24,007 bases of DNA from Polyangiales bacterium (GCA_045106895.1 JBGCFM010000060.1:1-24007), one strand, 5' to 3'; positions 8,629-17,734 are shown, counted from the stretch's first letter. Notes: generated by a model from the sequence alone, not told the origin. Numbers and translations: made by a program.

Positions 8629-9810
8629 ATGAACATTCACGAGTACCAAGCGAAAGAGATCTTTCGGCGATACGGGATCCCGACGCCGAAGGGCATCGCC
8701 GCCATGAGCGTCGATGAAGCTGCTGAAGCAGCCTCAAAGCTCATCGCCGAAACGGGCAACGAGGTCGTTGTCGTCAAGGCACAGATCCACGCCGGCGGCC
8801 GCGGAAAAGCGGGCGGCGTCAAGGTCGTCAAGGGCGCGGAAGCGGCCAAGGAAGCTGCGACTGGCATCTTCGGCAAGACGCTGATCACGCACCAGACGGG
8901 CCCAGAAGGCAAGAAGGTCAACCGGCTCTACGTCGAGCAGGGCCTCGCCATCGAGACCGAGCTGTACCTCGCTCTCACCGTCGATCGCGAGAAGCGCGCC
9001 ATCGCCATCATGGCGAGCACCGAAGGTGGCGTGGAGATCGAAGAGGTCGCCGAAGCGCACCCGGAGAAGATTCACAAGGTGTGGATCGACGTCGCGACGG
9101 GCCTCATGCCTTACCAGGCGCGTCAGCTCGCCTTCGCGCTCGGTCTCAGTAAGAAGGCCCAGAAGGGCTTCGGCAAGATCCTCTCGAACCTCGCGCGCTT
9201 CTTCATCGAAGAAGACGTCTCCATCGCGGAGATCAACCCCCTCATCGTCACCGAGGACCAAGAGGTCATCGCCCTCGACGCCAAGGTGAACTTCGACGGC
9301 AACGGCGGCTTCCGCCACAAGGAGTGGGCGGAACTTCGCGACCTCAGCGAAGAAGCTCCAACGGAGATCGAAGCCAGCAACGCCGGCCTCAGCTTCATTC
9401 AGCTCGACGGCAACATCGGCTGCCTCGTCAACGGCGCAGGTCTGGCGATGAGCACCCTGGACACCATCCAGCACTTCGGCGGCAAGCCCGCCAACTTCCT
9501 CGATGTCGGCGGCGGAGCCACCAAGGAGTCCGTCACCACAGCCTTCCGCATCATTCTCCAGAGCGAGAGCGTGAAGGGCATCTTCGTGAACATCTTCGGC
9601 GGCATTATGAAGTGCGACATCATCGCAGCCGGTGTCATCGCAGCGACCAAGGAGCTGGGCCTCAAGGTTCCTCTCGTGGTTCGCCTCGCAGGAACGAACG
9701 TTGAGCTCGGCAAGAAAATGCTGGCCGAAACAGACCTAAACATCACCCCGGCTGACACCATGGCCGAGGGCGCACAAAAAATCGTAGAACTCGCAAAGGG
9801 AGCCGCCTAA
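8629..9810 (+). CDS. sucC: Succinyl-CoA ligase (ADP-forming) beta subunit
   Basis: [59 protein letters not shown] and [10 protein letters not shown]. True start is ATG 8629, not 8416. Confidence 0.98.
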   Translation: MNIHEYQAKEIFRRYGIPTPKGIAAMSVDEAAEAASKLIAETGNEVVVVKAQIHAGGRGKAGGVKVVKGAEAAKEAATGIFGKTLITHQTGPEGKKVNRLYVEQGLAIETELYLALTVDREKRAIAIMASTEGGVEIEEVAEAHPEKIHKVWIDVATGLMPYQARQLAFALGLSKKAQKGFGKILSNLARFFIEEDVSIAEINPLIVTEDQEVIALDAKVNFDGNGGFRHKEWAELRDLSEEAPTEIEASNAGLSFIQLDGNIGCLVNGAGLAMSTLDTIQHFGGKPANFLDVGGGATKESVTTAFRIILQSESVKGIFVNIFGGIMKCDIIAAGVIAATKELGLKVPLVVRLAGTNVELGKKMLAETDLNITPADTMAEGAQKIVELAKGAA

Positions 9811-10715
9811 TGAGCATTCTCGTTGGTAACGACACCAAACTTATCGTTCAGGGACTTACAGGTTCGGCGGGTAGCTTCCACGCCGGACAGTGCATGAACT
9901 ATGGCACCAACATCGTCGCCGGCGTGACCCCAGGTCGCGGCGGACAGAAGTGGGAAAACCCAGACGGCTCCGGCGGCTGCGACATCTACAACACGGTTCG
10001 CGAAGCGAAAGAAGCCACCGGTGCAAACGCCAGTGTCATCTTCGTGCCGCCTCCCTTCGCCGCCGACGCGATTCTTGAAGCCGTCGATGCAGAGCTCGAC
10101 CTCGCCGTCGTGATCACCGAAGGCATTCCAGTCATCGACATGCTCAAGGTGCGTCGCGTCCTCGACAGCGGTCGTCACACGCGCGTCATCGGACCCAACT
10201 GCCCCGGCGTCATCACGCCGGCAGACGCGTCCGGCAAGGGCTGCAAGATCGGCATCATGCCGGGCCACATTCACCTCTCCGGCAACATCGGCGTCGTGAG
10301 CAAGTCGGGTACGCTGACCTACGAAGCCGTCGGTCAGCTCACGGCTCTCGGCATCGGACAGAGCACGGCTGTCGGCATCGGTGGTGACCCCATCAACGGC
10401 ACGAGCTTCATCGATATCCTGAAGCTCTTCCAGGAAGACGACGACACCCACGGCGTCATCCTCATCGGCGAAATCGGCGGCAACGCCGAAGAAGAAGCCG
10501 CGGCCTGGATCAAAGAGAACTTCACGAAGCCCGTCGCGGGCTTCATCGCCGGTGTCACGGCACCTCCCGGCAAGCGCATGGGCCACGCCGGCGCCATCAT
10601 CAGCGGCGGCGCAGGAACCGCTGAAGCCAAGATCGCAGCCCTTGAAGCCGCCGGCGCGAAGGTCGCTCCGACACCTTCGGACATGGGCACCACGCTCAAG
10701 AGCTTGATGAGCTAA
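9810..10715 (+). CDS. sucD: Succinyl-CoA ligase alpha subunit
   Basis: [36 protein letters not shown] and the phospho-His motif RMGHAGA. TAATG overlap with sucC. Confidence 0.98.
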   Translation: MSILVGNDTKLIVQGLTGSAGSFHAGQCMNYGTNIVAGVTPGRGGQKWENPDGSGGCDIYNTVREAKEATGANASVIFVPPPFAADAILEAVDAELDLAVVITEGIPVIDMLKVRRVLDSGRHTRVIGPNCPGVITPADASGKGCKIGIMPGHIHLSGNIGVVSKSGTLTYEAVGQLTALGIGQSTAVGIGGDPINGTSFIDILKLFQEDDDTHGVILIGEIGGNAEEEAAAWIKENFTKPVAGFIAGVTAPPGKRMGHAGAIISGGAGTAEAKIAALEAAGAKVAPTPSDMGTTLKSLMS

Positions 10716-10737
10716 GCGCTCTTTCGCGAACGAAGAG

Positions 10738-10769
10738 AGCCATCGCCTTTCGAGGCGGTGGCTTTTTTT
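10738..10769 (+). terminator. Rho-independent terminator after sucD
   Basis: AGCCATCGCCT-TTCG-AGGCGGTGGCT followed by a T run; UUCG loop. Confidence 0.9.
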
Positions 10770-10840
10770 GTGCGGACCGAGTCAACGCTCTGGGAGGCGA
10801 AGACCTTCCGTTCTGATGAACCGCGCACTAGTGTTCAAAG

Positions 10841-11932
10841 ATGCCCCTCAAGCGAATCGCCATCCTTACCTCCGGCGGAGATGCTCCGGGCATGAACGCC
10901 GCCCTCCGCGCCCTGACGAAAATCGCAGCGTCCCGCGGTATCGAAGTCCACGGCGTGGTGCTCGGCTACGACGGGCTCATCGACGGTGAGTATCGGCCGC
11001 TTACGGAAGACCACGGCGTGGTGGATGGAAAACCCGACTTTCGCCCTGTACCTAGTGTCGACCGCGCCGCGGGCCGGGGTGGAACGGTCCTTGGGTCGGC
11101 TCGCTCCGCTCGTTTTCGCACGCCGGAGGGCCGTACCGAAGCGGCGAAGAGAATCCGAGGGCTCGACGTCGACGGCCTCGTCATCATCGGAGGCAACGGC
11201 TCCCTGACCGGCGCGCACCTTCTCGCGATGGAACATGGCATCAAAGTCGTCGGCCTGCCTGCGTCCATCGACAACGACATTGGGGCCACCTCGACCTGCA
11301 TCGGCGTGGACACCGCGGTGAACACCATCATCGACGCCTGCGACCGCATCTCAGACACCGCCAGCGCGCACCGCCGCGCTTTCATCGTCGAGGTTATGGG
11401 ACGTGAGTGCGGCTACCTCGCTATGGCGGCGGCCATCGGCGCCGGCGCAGACGCAGTGCTCTTTCGGGAGCAGAAGCGCAGCGAGGAAGAAGTGGTCAAG
11501 GCCGTCGAAGAGACGATTCGACACGGCTTCGCGCGCGGCAAACAACGGGTGCTCATCATCAAAAGCGAAGGAGTGCCCTTCCCTGGGACACGCCTCGCAC
11601 GCGAGGTCAACGAGCGCATCGACGGTGACATCGTTCGTGCGACGATCCTGGGTCACTTGGTGCGCGGCGGTCGCCCATCGTTTCAAGACCGCCGCGTCGC
11701 GTCGCGCATGGCCTTCGCCGCGCTTGGTGCTCTCACCGAGGGTCGTGATGACACGATGGCGGCGTGGCGCTCTTCAAGCCCCGACGCGCTGACCACAGTC
11801 GATCCCGCCGTATCGCTCGTGCCGCTCGAGTCCGTTCTCGCGGAAACCGCCGAACTCCTCAAGGGCGAGAGCCCCATAATGAAGTGGCGCCTGGCCATGA
11901 TGGAGCAAGTCTCCGGAGTGCTTGGAGTCTAA
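10841..11932 (+). CDS. pfkA: ATP-dependent 6-phosphofructokinase
   Basis: TSGGDAPGMNA, GGTVLGSAR, IGGNGS, PASIDND, VEVMGRECG and LGHLVRGG. Confidence 0.95.
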   Translation: MPLKRIAILTSGGDAPGMNAALRALTKIAASRGIEVHGVVLGYDGLIDGEYRPLTEDHGVVDGKPDFRPVPSVDRAAGRGGTVLGSARSARFRTPEGRTEAAKRIRGLDVDGLVIIGGNGSLTGAHLLAMEHGIKVVGLPASIDNDIGATSTCIGVDTAVNTIIDACDRISDTASAHRRAFIVEVMGRECGYLAMAAAIGAGADAVLFREQKRSEEEVVKAVEETIRHGFARGKQRVLIIKSEGVPFPGTRLAREVNERIDGDIVRATILGHLVRGGRPSFQDRRVASRMAFAALGALTEGRDDTMAAWRSSSPDALTTVDPAVSLVPLESVLAETAELLKGESPIMKWRLAMMEQVSGVLGV

Positions 11933-11972
11933 CGAAGGCCCTCGCTTCAGGCTTGGCGGAGCCCCTGCGCCG

Positions 11973-12860
11973 CTAGCCACGCGGATGGTGTTTGTGCACC
12001 GTCTCGTGAAGTCGCTCACTGGCCACGTGCGTGTAGATCTGCGTGGTGGAAATGTCCGCGTGACCGAGCATCGCCTGCACGGCGCGAAGGTCTGCGCCAC
12101 CGATGAGCAGGTGCGTCGCGAAGCTATGGCGAAGCTTGTGCGGCGAGACCTCCTTGGTCACGCCTGCGACGCGAGCGTAGCGTTTAATGTTCTTCCAAAA
12201 CGCCTGCCGGGTCATGGGCCCGCCGCGGCTTGTGAGGAAGGTGTGACGCGACGCAGGTTTCGCCCACTGCGGGCGTACTTCTGAAAGGTAGAGCTGAAGA
12301 TGCTCCTTCGCGGCTTCCCCGAGCGGCACGATTCGTTGCTTCTGCCCTTTGCCGAACGCGCGGAGAAAACCGGCCTCAAGATGTAGGTCGTTGAGGTCGA
12401 GGAGCACGAGTTCAGATACACGAAGGCCCGCCGCATACATCGTGTGCAGCATCGCGCGGTCGCGGACATGGGTCTTCTTGTCGGACGATGGCGCGCCAAG
12501 GATTCGCACGACCTCGCTCGGCGAGAGGACTTGGGGAAGCCGTCGCCCGAGCTTCGGCCGGTCGAGGAGTTCCGTCGGGTCATCGGGCCGGTGTCTTTCG
12601 TCCACCATCCACCGATGAAATCCGCGGATCGCGCTGAGCGCACGTGCCTGCGAACGGGCGCCGACCTCCCGCCGAGAGAGTCGCAGCATGTAAGCCGCAG
12701 CGGCGGGCAGGTCCGCATCGCCAAGGTCGATACCCGTCTCTTCGAGGTGAAGCAGCCACTCCCGAAGATTGTGCGCATACCCCTCGAGGGTGTGCGGGCT
12801 CAGACCCCGCTCCACCTTGAGGTGGATGAGGTACGCATCGAGGAGGAAGTCGGCGTGCAC
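11973..12860 (-). CDS. xerD: Site-specific tyrosine recombinase XerD
   Basis: ERGLSPHTLEGY N-terminal domain, RDRAMLHTMYAAGLRVSEL, GKGQKQRIVP, TRQAFW, SPHKLRHSFATHLL, LGHADISTTQIYTHV and HHPRG C-terminus. Confidence 0.95.
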   Translation of the reverse strand: MHADFLLDAYLIHLKVERGLSPHTLEGYAHNLREWLLHLEETGIDLGDADLPAAAAYMLRLSRREVGARSQARALSAIRGFHRWMVDERHRPDDPTELLDRPKLGRRLPQVLSPSEVVRILGAPSSDKKTHVRDRAMLHTMYAAGLRVSELVLLDLNDLHLEAGFLRAFGKGQKQRIVPLGEAAKEHLQLYLSEVRPQWAKPASRHTFLTSRGGPMTRQAFWKNIKRYARVAGVTKEVSPHKLRHSFATHLLIGGADLRAVQAMLGHADISTTQIYTHVASERLHETVHKHHPRG

Positions 12861-12905
12861 ACCTCAGTGTGCATCTTGCCGGCGCTTCCGCCTACTTACG
12901 CGCGT

Positions 12906-13535
12906 CTACTTGGTTCCGTAGAGGCGGTCGCCGGCGTCGCCCAGGCCGGGCAGGATGTAGCCCTTTTCGTTGAGCTTCTCGTCGAGGGACGCCGTGTACA
13001 CGGGGACATCGGGGTGTGCTGCGTGGAAAGCCGCGATTCCTTCGGGGGCCGCCAAGAGGCACACGAACTTGAGCGACTTCGGCTTGAGCTCTTTGAGACG
13101 CGCCACGGCGGCGATGGCGGAGTTGCCCGTCGCGAGCATCGGGTCGCAGAGGAGAAAATCTCGATCCGGAAGGTCGCCGGGGACCTTAAAATAGTACTCG
13201 ACGGGTTTGAGGGTCTTCGGGTCTCGGTAGAGGCCGACGTGCCCGACGCGGGCCGAAGGCAGGAGCTTGAGCATGCCCTGAACGATCCCGTCACCAGCAC
13301 GCAGAATGGACACGAGGACCATCTTCTTTCCATCGATTGTCGGCGCATCCATCTCCATCAGGGGCGTCTCAATGCGCTCCGTGGTCATGGGCAGGTCCCG
13401 CGTCACCTCGTAGCCCATCAGCATGCTGATCTCCTCGAGGAGCTGACGAAACGGCGCCGTCGCGGTGTCTTTGCGACGCATGATGCTGAGCTTGTGCTGA
13501 ACCAGGGGATGATCGATGACGTGTACTTCGCTCAT
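12906..13535 (-). CDS. upp: Uracil phosphoribosyltransferase
   Basis: [23 protein letters not shown] and [16 protein letters not shown]. Confidence 0.98.
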   Translation of the reverse strand: MSEVHVIDHPLVQHKLSIMRRKDTATAPFRQLLEEISMLMGYEVTRDLPMTTERIETPLMEMDAPTIDGKKMVLVSILRAGDGIVQGMLKLLPSARVGHVGLYRDPKTLKPVEYYFKVPGDLPDRDFLLCDPMLATGNSAIAAVARLKELKPKSLKFVCLLAAPEGIAAFHAAHPDVPVYTASLDEKLNEKGYILPGLGDAGDRLYGTK

Positions 13536-14215
13536 GGTGCTTCCTTCTTCTCGCTCGACCTATCGGTCTGCGGTGGGCATGGCAAGCCCGCTGCAACGCA
13601 GGCTTGCGTGAAGTCTGGCGGGGGCGGCGCCTCGAATGTCTTACCGCCGACGCGAATTCGCGCGCAGTGAAGCATCGCACGCGGCGCGAGCTCGATATCG
13701 CCATAAAGGTGATCGCCGTGAATCGGGTGGCCAAGAGACGCGAGATGAACGCGAATCTGGTGAGTGCGGCCGGTCCTCGGTCTGGCTTCCACCAAGCTGC
13801 TCTTTTCCCCAACGCTCAAGCGAACGAATCGGGTGTCCGAGTCACGCCCGTGAGGCCCAGTGACGACCTTCCCTTCTTCTTTCACATATCCTATTTGGCT
13901 CTGGACGCGTTCCTTGGGCCACGGCACCTGCCCCTGGCAGAGCGCCCAATAGCTCTTCTGGCCGGCTCGCAGGTTCTTCTGCCAGTGCGCCACGAGGTTC
14001 TTCTTGCGCACCATGAGAAACACGCCGCTGGTCGGTTTATCAAGCTGATGAATCGCCCAAATCTTGCGCCCGATGGCCGCTTCGACCTGAAAACGAACGC
14101 TCTCAGGGTCGTCCAGAGTGTGTCCTGTTGAAGGCCAGTTCGACGGTTTGGCGACGACGATGAGCCCTTCAGCATCGTGCAAAAGAATTTCTTCGAGAGG
14201 GGGGAACTTTTCCAC
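13532..14215 (-). CDS. RluA-family RNA pseudouridine synthase, catalytic domain only
   Basis: [16 protein letters not shown] (variant of HRLD), [32 protein letters not shown] and MLHC. ATGA overlap with upp. Confidence 0.92.
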   Translation of the reverse strand: MEKFPPLEEILLHDAEGLIVVAKPSNWPSTGHTLDDPESVRFQVEAAIGRKIWAIHQLDKPTSGVFLMVRKKNLVAHWQKNLRAGQKSYWALCQGQVPWPKERVQSQIGYVKEEGKVVTGPHGRDSDTRFVRLSVGEKSSLVEARPRTGRTHQIRVHLASLGHPIHGDHLYGDIELAPRAMLHCARIRVGGKTFEAPPPPDFTQACVAAGLPCPPQTDRSSEKKEAP

Positions 14216-14334
14216 GCACGCGTACCCTAATGGAGGCGCGCCGAAATGCGTGGGATTTGCGACCGATTTCGAAGCGAAACCTGCGGAGCGTGCTTATTCT
14301 AGTCGCTTCCCGAACCACAAAGGCCTCCTGAGAG

Positions 14335-14910
14335 ATGAAGAACGCGCGAAAACTACTGGGTGTAAGTGACACCGCCTCCAAGGGCGAGATCCGAAATGCG
14401 TTTCGCCGCGTGGCCAGCCGTCTTCATCCAGACGTGAACAGCGATCCGCGCGCGCCCAAGGCCTTCGCCGCCGCCGTCGCTGCGTACCGAGCGCTCATGG
14501 GCAGAGCCACGACCACCTCTTCGGGAAGCGCGAGCCGTCGAGCGCAGGCGGTTCCGGCGGAGTTCGTCTGCCCCGCGTGCCACGACGGGTACACGCAGAA
14601 GGGCGAGTGTCCTCGCTGCGAGGTGCAGGTTCACGCCCGCGCCGCGGGCCCCGTTCCTCCGGCCCCACGCGACCGTGAAGTCGAGGCGATGATCGCGGCC
14701 TTGGAGACGCCGGTAGCGGCCCCGTGGATCAGTATTCACCCAGCTGCACGGGTCCCGCTCATGGCGGCGGCGCTTGTTCTGTGTGGGCTCACACAAGCAG
14801 GGCTCGGTCTTTGGTTTCTTGCCATCATGAGCGTCGGGTTTGGCGCATTCGCGATGTTGACCGAAACACACGATCGGCTGCGCAGACCTGCTTGGGCTCG
14901 CACCAAGTAG
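14335..14910 (+). CDS. J-domain protein with CxxC..CxxC zinc finger and C-terminal TM helices
   Basis: LLGVSDTASKGEIRNAFRRVASRLHPDVN (HPD motif), CPAC-x9-CPRC, and two hydrophobic C-terminal segments. Confidence 0.85.
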   Translation: MKNARKLLGVSDTASKGEIRNAFRRVASRLHPDVNSDPRAPKAFAAAVAAYRALMGRATTTSSGSASRRAQAVPAEFVCPACHDGYTQKGECPRCEVQVHARAAGPVPPAPRDREVEAMIAALETPVAAPWISIHPAARVPLMAAALVLCGLTQAGLGLWFLAIMSVGFGAFAMLTETHDRLRRPAWARTK

Positions 14911-14948
14911 CTGACTCTGAGCGGGTTTCGACTTATACCGTCTCCGCA

Positions 14949-15266
14949 ATGATTCATTACGAACGCACGTACGAGTGCAGCGATGAAGAGGCTCTCGCAC
15001 GTCTCAAATCGCTCGCTCGCTACTGGAACAAGAAATGGGGCATCGACCCAGGTTGGCGTGAATCCACAGCCAACTTTGACGGCCGAATCAAAGGTGTGAA
15101 GTTTCGCGGTACCGTCAAAATCGGAGAGGGACGCGTGGAGGCGAACATCGAGGCCGGGTTTCTCGCGGAGAAACTAGGCGCCAAACGATATGTGTCGCGA
15201 AAGGTGGATGACTACCTCAACCCTTCGAATTCGTTGGAGTCTTTGGACGCCCGCGTCCCGGCGTGA
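14949..15266 (+). CDS. Small protein (105 aa), probably PHA_gran_rgn ('polyhydroxyalkanoic acid system') family
   Basis: ATG 14949. The sequence EEALARLKSLARYWNKKWGI..W..FDGRIKGVKFRGTVKIGEGRV..YVSRKVDDYL resembles, from recall, the myxobacterial members of this family. Confidence 0.6.
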   Translation: MIHYERTYECSDEEALARLKSLARYWNKKWGIDPGWRESTANFDGRIKGVKFRGTVKIGEGRVEANIEAGFLAEKLGAKRYVSRKVDDYLNPSNSLESLDARVPA

Positions 15267-15321
15267 CATCCCGCCGTGCACGACTCGCGCATGAGCGCGA
15301 AGCGTGCAAGAACGCTGTTCT

Positions 15322-17019
15322 ATGCGCGTGATGGAGACGGCGTCCCAGGTGCTTCAGAGTTCGCTTTTTCCTCGTCCCCCCGAGGAAAAAGCGCCCGCTC
15401 GACTGAGTCGAGAGTACCCGGTCTTTGGACATATGGCGGAGTTCCTCCGGAACCCTTTCGAGCTGCTCAAGCGAGCACGCGCGAAAGGCGAAGAGCTCAT
15501 CACCCTGCGCCTTTTGCATCAGGACATCGTTCTCGTGTCCGGCCCAGAGGCACACGAAGCGTTCTTTCGCGCGCCCGACGACCAGCTTTGCCGACGTGAG
15601 GCCTACAGGCTGATGACGCCCATTTTTGGCGAAGGCGTCATCTTCGACGCCTCGCCGAAACGCGGCCAAGAACAGATTCGAATGTCCATGCGGATGCTTC
15701 GCGACCAGCGGATGCGTGGCTATCCGCCCATCATCAGTGACGAGCTGACGAAGCTCGTGTCCCACTGGGGCGAGAGTGGCGAAGAGGACATTCTCGAGTT
15801 GATGAAGGAAGCGACGATTTACGCGTCGAGCCGCTGCCTCATCGGCGACGAATTCCGCGCGGGCATGAGCGAGGAATTCCACGAGCTCTACGGGCACCTC
15901 GAAAAGGGCATCAACCCTCTCGCCTACATCTACCCCAACGCTCCGCTGCCCTCGTTCCGCCGGCGCGACGTGTCGCGGGAGACCCTCGTGAAGCGGGTCG
16001 GCGCGATCATCGAACGCCGCCGTGAGTCCGGCGAAGTACCGGACGACGGGCTTCAGTCGCTTCTGGATGCTCGCTACAAGGACGGGGAGTCCCTCTCTCC
16101 GGACATTGTCACAGGCATCCTCATCGCCATCATGATGGCCGGTCACCACACAAGCGCTGGAACCGCCGCGTGGACGATTCTCGAGTTGGCACGCCGCCCG
16201 GACCTCTTGGCTCGGGTTCGCGCAGAAGTAGACGCGGTCTTCGTACGCGACGGGGAGCTCTCCTATCAGGGCCTCCGCCAGATGACCTTGCTTCACGATG
16301 TACTTAAAGAAGTGCTTCGATTGCACCCGCCCCTGATTTTTCTCTTTCGGAAGGTGCTTCGACCCTTTGAGCACAACGGCAAAGTGGTGCCCGCAGGTTC
16401 GTTTGTGTGTGCCTCGCCGGGCGTCAGCGGTCGCGCCGAAGAGATCTTTCCACACGCAGATGTCTTCGATCCGGATCGCTACGCACGCGACGATATCCAC
16501 CCCTTCGCGTGGATCGCGTTTGGTGGCGGAAAGCACAAGTGCACGGGGAACGCGTTTGGGCTGCTCCAGCTCAAGACCATCGCCGCGACGCTCTTGCACC
16601 AATACGACTTCTCGCTCTCCCAACCAACAGAGACCTACGAGGATGACTACGAGCGTGCGACGGTCATGCCCAAGCAGCCGTTCAAGCTTCGCTACCGAAA
16701 ACGAGCGAAGCCTTCGGCTGTCGCGTCGGATTACGAGGCGCGCAAGGTTGAAGAGCTCCTTTCGCGGGAATCCCCCGTCGAGGTACGCATCGACACTCAG
16801 CTCTGCCAGGGACACAGCGTCTGTGTGAGTGAAGCACCGCAGGTCTTTCGTATTAGCGAAGACGGCGAAGCGGAGCTGCTCCCCGACGCGATGACGGCGG
16901 CGACCTACGGAACAGACGCTGCAGTCCGAAACGACCTGTACCCGCTGCTGGAACGCGCCTATCGGCACTGTCCCAACAGCGCCATCACACTGTCGCAAGA
17001 CGAGAAGACCGTAAGCTAA
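15322..17019 (+). CDS. cyp51: Sterol 14-alpha-demethylase-like cytochrome P450 (CYP51) fused to a C-terminal [3Fe-4S] ferredoxin (CYP51fx)
   Basis: SRS1 AYRLMTPIFGEGVIFD and I-helix MAGHHTSAGT are CYP51 signatures. Also EVLRLHPP, FDPDRY and heme motif FGGGKHKCTG (Cys codon 16540). An in-frame ferredoxin CQGHSVC...CP spans about 16777-17016. Start could be 15322 or 15331. Confidence 0.93.
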   Translation: MRVMETASQVLQSSLFPRPPEEKAPARLSREYPVFGHMAEFLRNPFELLKRARAKGEELITLRLLHQDIVLVSGPEAHEAFFRAPDDQLCRREAYRLMTPIFGEGVIFDASPKRGQEQIRMSMRMLRDQRMRGYPPIISDELTKLVSHWGESGEEDILELMKEATIYASSRCLIGDEFRAGMSEEFHELYGHLEKGINPLAYIYPNAPLPSFRRRDVSRETLVKRVGAIIERRRESGEVPDDGLQSLLDARYKDGESLSPDIVTGILIAIMMAGHHTSAGTAAWTILELARRPDLLARVRAEVDAVFVRDGELSYQGLRQMTLLHDVLKEVLRLHPPLIFLFRKVLRPFEHNGKVVPAGSFVCASPGVSGRAEEIFPHADVFDPDRYARDDIHPFAWIAFGGGKHKCTGNAFGLLQLKTIAATLLHQYDFSLSQPTETYEDDYERATVMPKQPFKLRYRKRAKPSAVASDYEARKVEELLSRESPVEVRIDTQLCQGHSVCVSEAPQVFRISEDGEAELLPDAMTAATYGTDAAVRNDLYPLLERAYRHCPNSAITLSQDEKTVS

Positions 17020-17040
17020 CGGACAACGAGGATGACGATC

Positions 17041-17721
17041 ATGAACGAGACACCGAACGACGCGAAGCAAACTTTTCAGCCTGCGCCGGACCCCATGTCG
17101 AACGTATCGCCCTTCCCCGGCAAGTCATGGCCACGGGAAGAGCTCGAAGAGATGAAGCGACGCTGGCTCGACGCAAATGTGCGCGCAGAAGAGACCGGCG
17201 ATTGGGTTTCCACGCTCGGCGCGATGTACCACGACACGGCCATCTACCGCTGGAACATCGGGCCCAACGAGGAGTTCATCGCCAATGGTGCAGCGGCGAT
17301 TCGTGACAACGCCGTCGGCATTCAAATGGACGGTTTTGACGGCTGGGCGTACCCCTACGATCGCTGGGTCATCGACGACCAAAATGGCGAGATGGTCGGC
17401 TTCTGGCGCCAGGTAGCGCCGGTCAAACGCGCCGATGGGTCCATCGTTGAGGTCGCGGGCTGCGGCGGCAGCTGGTTCCAGTACGGGGGTGACTTCAAGT
17501 GGCAGTGGCAGCGCGACTTCTTCGACCTTGGAAACGTGATGACCACGTTCGGCGAAGTTGAAACCCTCGGTGGTCTCGACCCCAAGGTCAAAGCCCGAAT
17601 CTCCACGCTGGCCAAGGGTGGGACGCTTCCGGGCCACGTGCCTCTCCGCGAGAAGCTCCCTTTGACGGGGAAGCTCAAGCAAGGCGCCGCCCTCGCAAAA
17701 ATCGTTCTCCTGGGTCGCTAG
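17041..17721 (+). CDS. NTF2/SnoaL-fold protein similar to Mycobacterium tuberculosis Rv0762c
   Basis: PREELEEMKRRWLDANVRAEETGDW, YRWNIGPNEE, MDGFDGWAYPY..VIDDQNGEMVGFWRQ and GGSWFQYGGDFKWQWQRDFFD match my recollection of the Rv0762c family. A GAGGA RBS favours ATG 17041; 17032 is the alternative. Confidence 0.85.
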   Translation: MNETPNDAKQTFQPAPDPMSNVSPFPGKSWPREELEEMKRRWLDANVRAEETGDWVSTLGAMYHDTAIYRWNIGPNEEFIANGAAAIRDNAVGIQMDGFDGWAYPYDRWVIDDQNGEMVGFWRQVAPVKRADGSIVEVAGCGGSWFQYGGDFKWQWQRDFFDLGNVMTTFGEVETLGGLDPKVKARISTLAKGGTLPGHVPLREKLPLTGKLKQGAALAKIVLLGR

Positions 17722-17734
17722 CGAGCGACTCGCT

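Noticed and set aside
11973..12860. Tyrosine recombinase as a phage or island integrase
   Set aside because: The sequence has XerD-specific motifs and housekeeping neighbours (upp, pfkA). No att repeats, tRNA or phage genes were seen.
14724..14948. Longer start for the ORF ending at 15266
   Set aside because: It overlaps the J-domain gene. ATG 14949 gives a compact 105-aa protein.
15217..17070. 617-aa antisense ORF, and similar long shadow ORFs at 919..1902, 3117..4121, 7342..8286 and 12444..13670
   Set aside because: They lie opposite well-supported genes, carry no recognisable motifs, and are expected from high-GC codon bias.
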